Position numbers and translations under genes: made by a program
The notes under the pieces: model-generated
Databases searched by the model: none
Seen by the model: the letters and a program-made list of their open reading frames with translations, nothing else
What the model was told of the DNA's origin: nothing
Assembly: GCA_902778125.1 (NCBI GenBank)
Contig: CACYWH010000010.1
Span: 1-62,485, forward strand
Direction: 5' to 3'
Source: an uncultured Erysipelotrichaceae bacterium
GTDB lineage: Bacteria; Bacillota_I; Bacilli_A; RF39; UBA660
Length of the DNA: 62,485 nt
In this document: positions 57,557 to 62,485 of the stretch, in pieces
Position numbering within the stretch: the stretch's first letter is position 1
How the letters are laid out: every line of letters begins with the position of its first letter

Positions 57557-57565
57557 AGGTATTAA

Positions 57566-60500
57566 ATGCAGATAATTCTTATAAAATCTGATAGACTTTA
57601 TAAGTATCCATTCCCAGTCGGAAATGTTAGTTCATACTGGATTAAAGATGTAGATGACAACGGAAATGAAAAAGATTTAATCTGTATGGAAAAGGTTAAT
57701 GGAAAGTGGATACTATTTAGTAATGAAACATGCCATTTGGAAGATAATGGTGTTTTGCCACAGATTGAATTAAGACTAAATACCTTGTATAAGATAGAAA
57801 TAAAAGAAGATGTAAATAATAATTATATATATATTACTAATCAAAATGATACATCTTTTGAGTCATATAAAATTAATAATGGTGAATATACTATTGGATC
57901 TTCTAGTGATCAAAATATTGAATTACCATCAAAATATATAAATAACTCACATGCTTATTTAAGTAAAAATGAAAATGGAATTAAAATACAAAATATAGAA
58001 GATAGTTTAATATTTTTAAATAATACTCCAGTTACTGATAGTGTAGTTGAAAATGGAGATACTATATTTATATATGGCTATAGGATAATTGTTATTGGGG
58101 ACAATATTTTGATTAATAATCCATATAATAATATGAAAATACATTCTGATAATATAACTAAAGTAAATCTAAATGTAGAAGATAAGGAATTATTAAAAAC
58201 AACAGATGATGATAGTGCAACTATATATAGTGATAATGACTATTATTCAAGACAACCTAGATTTGTTACAAGTATAAATGAAGAGGTACTTCAAATTGAT
58301 AATCCACCTTCTAAGGTTACTCCTGATGATATGCCTTTAATATATACATTAGGCCCAATGTTAACTATGACTATGACATCAGCAGTTTCAATAACAACAA
58401 CTATTATGAATATGACTAGTGGAAAGTCAACATGGGCTACTGCTATACCAGCACTACTAATTGCTGCTGCCATGATAGCATCTACTTTATTATGGCCTTC
58501 ATTAATGAAAAGATATAATAAAAAAAGACAAATTAAATCAGAAGAAGAAAGACAAATTAAATATACTAATTATTTAGAAGAAAAGAAGAATAAAATAACT
58601 AGTATTAAAAATAATCAGTATCAAATATTAAAAGCAAACTATCCTGAACCTAAAGATTTGCAAAGTGTTATTTTAAATAAAAAAAGAAACTTATGGGAAA
58701 GACAAATTAATAGTGAAGATTTCTTAAATGTAAGAGTAGGTATTGGAACAGTTCCAGCCAAATTAAAATTAAATTATTCTACCGAAGATTTTTCAATGGT
58801 AGAAGATAATTTAAAAGATGCATTATCTACACTTACATCATCATCAACTGAAATACCTGAGTCTCCAGTAACTATTGATTTAACATTAAGAAATAAACTT
58901 GTAATTATTGGTGATAAAAAGAATAAAGAATCTATGCTTAAAAGTATAATATTACAACTTGTTACTAATCATGCATACAATGATTTAAAATTAGTATTTA
59001 TGGTAAATGATAAAACAAGCGATTTATGGAATAGTGTAAAGATACTTCCTCATACTTGGAGTGACTCTAAAAATATCAGATTTTATGCTAATAACTATGA
59101 TGAAATGTCAAAAATATCTTTCTATTTAGAACAAGTTTGGACTTCTAGAAAATATGATGAGAATGATGGAAAATTAACTGAAAATGATATTTCATTTAGA
59201 GATGTAAAACCATATTATTTAATTATAGTTGATAATATTAAGAAAAATAAAAATGTGGAAATAATCGATAAAATATTAAAAGAACCTAATAACATAGGAT
59301 TTGGTTTAATCATTTTAAATGATAATATATCTAATTTACCAAATGAATGTAATGACTTTTTATCTGTAGATGGATTAAATTCTGCAATTATTAAAAATGA
59401 TTTAAATAAAAATAATCAACAAAAGTTTGTTATGGATGATACAAAAGATATTAATCTTCCACTTATGTGTGAAAAACTTGCTAATATACCTATTAAATCT
59501 AATGATGTATTTAATGAACTAGATTCATCTGTAAGTTTTTTAGAAATGTATAAAGTTGGAAAAGTAGAAGATTTAAATATACTTGATAGATGGGAAAATA
59601 GTAATCCAGTAAACAGTTTAAGTGTACCAATTGGTATACATTCTGATGGTGAATTATTCACTTTAGATTTGCATGAAAAATTCCATGGACCTCATGGTTT
59701 AATAGCAGGTATGACTGGTAGTGGTAAATCTGAATTTATTATTACTTATATATTATCTATGTGTTTGAATTTTAGTCCAGAAGAAGTATCATTTGTATTA
59801 ATAGATTACAAAGGTGGAGGACTAACCGGTGCATTTGAAAATAAATTAACTGGATTAAAATTACCTCATTTAGCAGGTACTATTACAAACTTAGATACTG
59901 CTGAAATAAATAGAAGTTTAGCTTCTATACAAAGTGAAATCAAAAGAAGACAAGCATTATTTAATGAAGTAAAAGCAAGATTAAACGAAAGTACTTTAGA
60001 TATTTATAAATATCAGCAATTATATAGAGCAGGAATTATAAAAGAACCAGTTTCTCATTTATTTATAATTTCCGATGAGTTTGCTGAATTAAAAAGTCAA
60101 CAATCAGAATTTATGAGTGAATTAATTTCTATAGCTCGTATTGGACGTTCTCTTGGAGTTCACCTTATCTTATCAACTCAAAAACCTAGTGGAATAGTTG
60201 ATGATCAAATATGGTCAAACTCTAAATTTAAAGTTTGTTTAAAAGTACAAGAAAGAGCAGATAGTATGGATGTTATTAAATGCCCAGATGCAGTAACACT
60301 TAAAAAAGCAGGACGTTTTTACTTACAAGTTGGATATAATGATTACTTTGCTATGGGGCAAGCTGCTTATGCTGGTGCTAAGTATGTACCTAAAGATAAA
60401 GTAAGTAAAATAGTTGATAGGAATGTATCAATTGTTAATAATATTGGGGATACTATTAAGAGTTTTGAAACATCTAAGAGAGTAGAATTAGCTTCTCTTG

Positions 60501-62122
60501 GAGAAGAAGGAACTAATATACTTAAATATATTTGTGATGCTTCAAATAAAAAGGGAATTAAGGCTAATCAATTATGGCTTGATAAAATACCTCCTGAAAT
60601 ATTTGTATCTAATTTAATGAAAAAGTATTCTTATAATGCTAAGCCATGGAATATTGAAGCAATAATAGGTGAGTATGATGACCCTAATAATCAAAAACAA
60701 GGTTTATTAAAACTTAATTTCAATGATGGTGGTAATACAATAATATATGGTGTTAGTGGAAAAGAAATAATGCTATCATCTATAATATATAGTCTTATGA
60801 CTACTCATACTTCTGATGAAGTAAATATGTATATTATTGATTTTGGTAGTGAGATGTTTGGAACATTCTCAAAAGCACCTCAAGTTGGAGATGTAATATT
60901 TATTAGTGATTCAGAAAAACTAAATAATTTATTTACAACTATATCAAAAGAATTAGAAAAACGTAAAAAATTATTTGTTGACTATAATGGTAACTATAAT
61001 TTATATATTAAAAATAGTGGAAAAACATTACCTAGAATTATAATATTTATTAATAATTATGAATCATTATATGAAAATTATGAAGATTATGTTGATACTA
61101 TATCTACGCTATCTCGTGAATGTGAAAAGTATGGTATATCATTTGTTCTTACTGCAACTGGAGCTAGTTCAGTAAGAGGAAAGACTTCTCAAAACTTCAA
61201 CAATTTATATTGCTTACAATTTAATGATCCAAGTGATTACATGAGTGTTCTTGGAATTACACATGGAATGGTACCATCAGAAATTGAAGGAAGAGGGCTT
61301 GTTAAGATAGATGGAACTTTATATGAATTTCAAACTGCTTATCCATATAAGTGGGATGAAATCAATACATTTATTAAAAATGTATGTGCTCAACTTAATC
61401 AATTATTATCTAAAAAAGCATCTCAGATTTCTATATTACCAAATCATGTACGTTTATTAGATATTAACAATAATATTTCTGATATTAAGAATACTCCAAT
61501 TGGTATAGAAAAATCATCACTTGCTATATCAACATTTGATTTTTCTAAATATCCAATATCACTAATATCAGGACAAGAATTATCTGTTTTAGAAAAATTT
61601 GTACCATCACTTGGACAAGTATTCCAAAATATGAGTAATGTAGAACTATACATGATTGATAGTACTGATAACATAAAAGATACAGCAACATTTGATAATT
61701 ACTATAATAGTACAAATATGACTGAAGTATTTGATATATTAGAAAAATTATCTGAAGAAACTAATAAAACAAATATATTTATTATATATGGTATAGAAAC
61801 ATTTATTAATGCATTTGATTCAGATAAACAAAGAAAATTAAAAACATTGTTTAGTAATTTAAAAAATAAAAAGAATATTAGACTTGTAATAGCTGATGGT
61901 ATATCTAAAATTAAATTATATGAATATGAAGATTTCTATAAAAATTGTGTTCAACCATCTAATGCAATATGGATTAGTAATGGAATCATTGATCAATTTA
62001 CTATTAAATCATCAACATATAATAGAGAAACAAGAGGGCAAATACCTTCAGATTTTGGATATAATATTGATAAAGGAAATGCTACATTAGTTAAAATGTT
62101 AGATTTCTATACAGAAGAATAG
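57566..62122 (+). CDS. essC: Type VII secretion system ATPase EssC (FtsK/SpoIIIE family)
   Basis: 1518 aa. N-terminal FHA-like repeats, two TMs (PLIYTLGPMLTMTMTSAVSITT; WATAIPALLIAAAMIASTLLW), then three P-loop domains. The first has GMTGSGKSEF, IISDEFAEL and LILSTQKPSG. Confidence 0.95.
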   Translation: MQIILIKSDRLYKYPFPVGNVSSYWIKDVDDNGNEKDLICMEKVNGKWILFSNETCHLEDNGVLPQIELRLNTLYKIEIKEDVNNNYIYITNQNDTSFESYKINNGEYTIGSSSDQNIELPSKYINNSHAYLSKNENGIKIQNIEDSLIFLNNTPVTDSVVENGDTIFIYGYRIIVIGDNILINNPYNNMKIHSDNITKVNLNVEDKELLKTTDDDSATIYSDNDYYSRQPRFVTSINEEVLQIDNPPSKVTPDDMPLIYTLGPMLTMTMTSAVSITTTIMNMTSGKSTWATAIPALLIAAAMIASTLLWPSLMKRYNKKRQIKSEEERQIKYTNYLEEKKNKITSIKNNQYQILKANYPEPKDLQSVILNKKRNLWERQINSEDFLNVRVGIGTVPAKLKLNYSTEDFSMVEDNLKDALSTLTSSSTEIPESPVTIDLTLRNKLVIIGDKKNKESMLKSIILQLVTNHAYNDLKLVFMVNDKTSDLWNSVKILPHTWSDSKNIRFYANNYDEMSKISFYLEQVWTSRKYDENDGKLTENDISFRDVKPYYLIIVDNIKKNKNVEIIDKILKEPNNIGFGLIILNDNISNLPNECNDFLSVDGLNSAIIKNDLNKNNQQKFVMDDTKDINLPLMCEKLANIPIKSNDVFNELDSSVSFLEMYKVGKVEDLNILDRWENSNPVNSLSVPIGIHSDGELFTLDLHEKFHGPHGLIAGMTGSGKSEFIITYILSMCLNFSPEEVSFVLIDYKGGGLTGAFENKLTGLKLPHLAGTITNLDTAEINRSLASIQSEIKRRQALFNEVKARLNESTLDIYKYQQLYRAGIIKEPVSHLFIISDEFAELKSQQSEFMSELISIARIGRSLGVHLILSTQKPSGIVDDQIWSNSKFKVCLKVQERADSMDVIKCPDAVTLKKAGRFYLQVGYNDYFAMGQAAYAGAKYVPKDKVSKIVDRNVSIVNNIGDTIKSFETSKRVELASLGEEGTNILKYICDASNKKGIKANQLWLDKIPPEIFVSNLMKKYSYNAKPWNIEAIIGEYDDPNNQKQGLLKLNFNDGGNTIIYGVSGKEIMLSSIIYSLMTTHTSDEVNMYIIDFGSEMFGTFSKAPQVGDVIFISDSEKLNNLFTTISKELEKRKKLFVDYNGNYNLYIKNSGKTLPRIIIFINNYESLYENYEDYVDTISTLSRECEKYGISFVLTATGASSVRGKTSQNFNNLYCLQFNDPSDYMSVLGITHGMVPSEIEGRGLVKIDGTLYEFQTAYPYKWDEINTFIKNVCAQLNQLLSKKASQISILPNHVRLLDINNNISDIKNTPIGIEKSSLAISTFDFSKYPISLISGQELSVLEKFVPSLGQVFQNMSNVELYMIDSTDNIKDTATFDNYYNSTNMTEVFDILEKLSEETNKTNIFIIYGIETFINAFDSDKQRKLKTLFSNLKNKKNIRLVIADGISKIKLYEYEDFYKNCVQPSNAIWISNGIIDQFTIKSSTYNRETRGQIPSDFGYNIDKGNATLVKMLDFYTEE

Positions 62123-62130
62123 GTGATAAT

Positions 62131-62382
62131 ATGGATTTTAAAGTATATGTTAAAATTGAAATACCAATATTAGAAAAAGAATATGAATTATTTATTCCAG
62201 TAGATAGAAGAATTCATGAAGTATTATCATTAATACTAAAAAGTACTCCAGAACTTTCAAGTGGATACTATAAAGAAAATAAACCAAATATTTATAGTAA
62301 ATCAACTGGTAAGATGTATGATGTTAATGAAATTATAAAAAATACTGATATAAAAATGGGTACAAGATTAGTAATTATTTAA
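62131..62382 (+). CDS. esaB: YukD/EsaB-like ubiquitin-fold T7SS protein
   Basis: 83 aa directly after essC. KVYVKIEIPILEKEYELFIPVDRRIHEVLSLI.. fits the YukD beta-grasp pattern. Confidence 0.7.
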   Translation: MDFKVYVKIEIPILEKEYELFIPVDRRIHEVLSLILKSTPELSSGYYKENKPNIYSKSTGKMYDVNEIIKNTDIKMGTRLVII

Positions 62383-62435
62383 GAGCATTTTGAACTAGTC
62401 AAGTAAAAGTAGACAGTTTATAAAAAAGAGCATTT

Positions 62436-62472
62436 AAAACCCTGATTCAATTTTATATTGAATTGGGGTTTT
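62436..62472 (+). terminator. Probable terminator hairpin after the yukD-like gene
   Basis: AAAACCCTGATTCAA..TTGAATTGGGGTTTT (imperfect stem with a G/C clamp, U-rich 3' side). Confidence 0.45.
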
Positions 62473-62485
62473 ATAATTTAATGCA

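Overview
Very AT-rich chromosomal segment, by eye well under one third G+C, from a spore-forming low-GC Firmicute. Evidence for that placement: GerQ, Cse60 and SpoVB/MurJ-type flippase genes, plus a Firmicute-type T7SSb locus. All calls rest on my own reading of the ORF translations and the DNA; no searches were run.

Layout:
- 1-1.1 kb: scar of an integrative element, consisting of a frame-broken serine recombinase and half a tRNA-Gly.
- 1.2-14 kb: housekeeping block (GT4 glycosyltransferase, ligA, GGDEF protein, YihY, cse60, flippase, rplI, dnaB, M23/LysM/G5 peptidase, rlmH).
- 14.0-19.8 kb: a 5.8-kb cassette encoding a giant repeat (beta-helix-like) secreted protein. It is bracketed by a perfect 27-bp duplication of the rlmH terminator hairpin, and its frame is broken twice at the end of an identical 99-nt repeat.
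- 19.9-28.4 kb: core genes (AGCS-like carrier, ung, DUF4116 repeat protein, LemA, gerQ, pduL, ABC-2 exporter).
- 28.9-42.6 kb: a defence island. It holds two modules I cannot assign to a named system: (a) a DUF2075-like nuclease-helicase plus a 907-aa 3-TM protein, and (b) a translationally coupled DUF2075 nuclease-helicase / ParB-fold protein / SNF2 ATPase trio. These are followed by a Sau3AI-type (GATC) C5-methyltransferase/endonuclease pair, an SRA-like/Mrr-type methyl-dependent endonuclease and a small HTH gene.
- 43-52 kb: mixed genes, including a catalytically degenerate FtsK/SpoIIIE paralog, a LysR regulator, a membrane-anchored hydrolase, an orphan HNH protein and an AIM24-family protein.
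- 52.3-62.4 kb: a type VII secretion (T7SSb) region. It contains WXG/Lap-like small proteins, a GxSxG hydrolase with a helical tail (candidate reverse-architecture toxin), a toxin-less LXG protein, essC and a YukD/EsaB-like gene.

The best candidates for something undescribed are the two helicase-centred modules in the island, especially the DUF2075-ParB-SNF2 trio.
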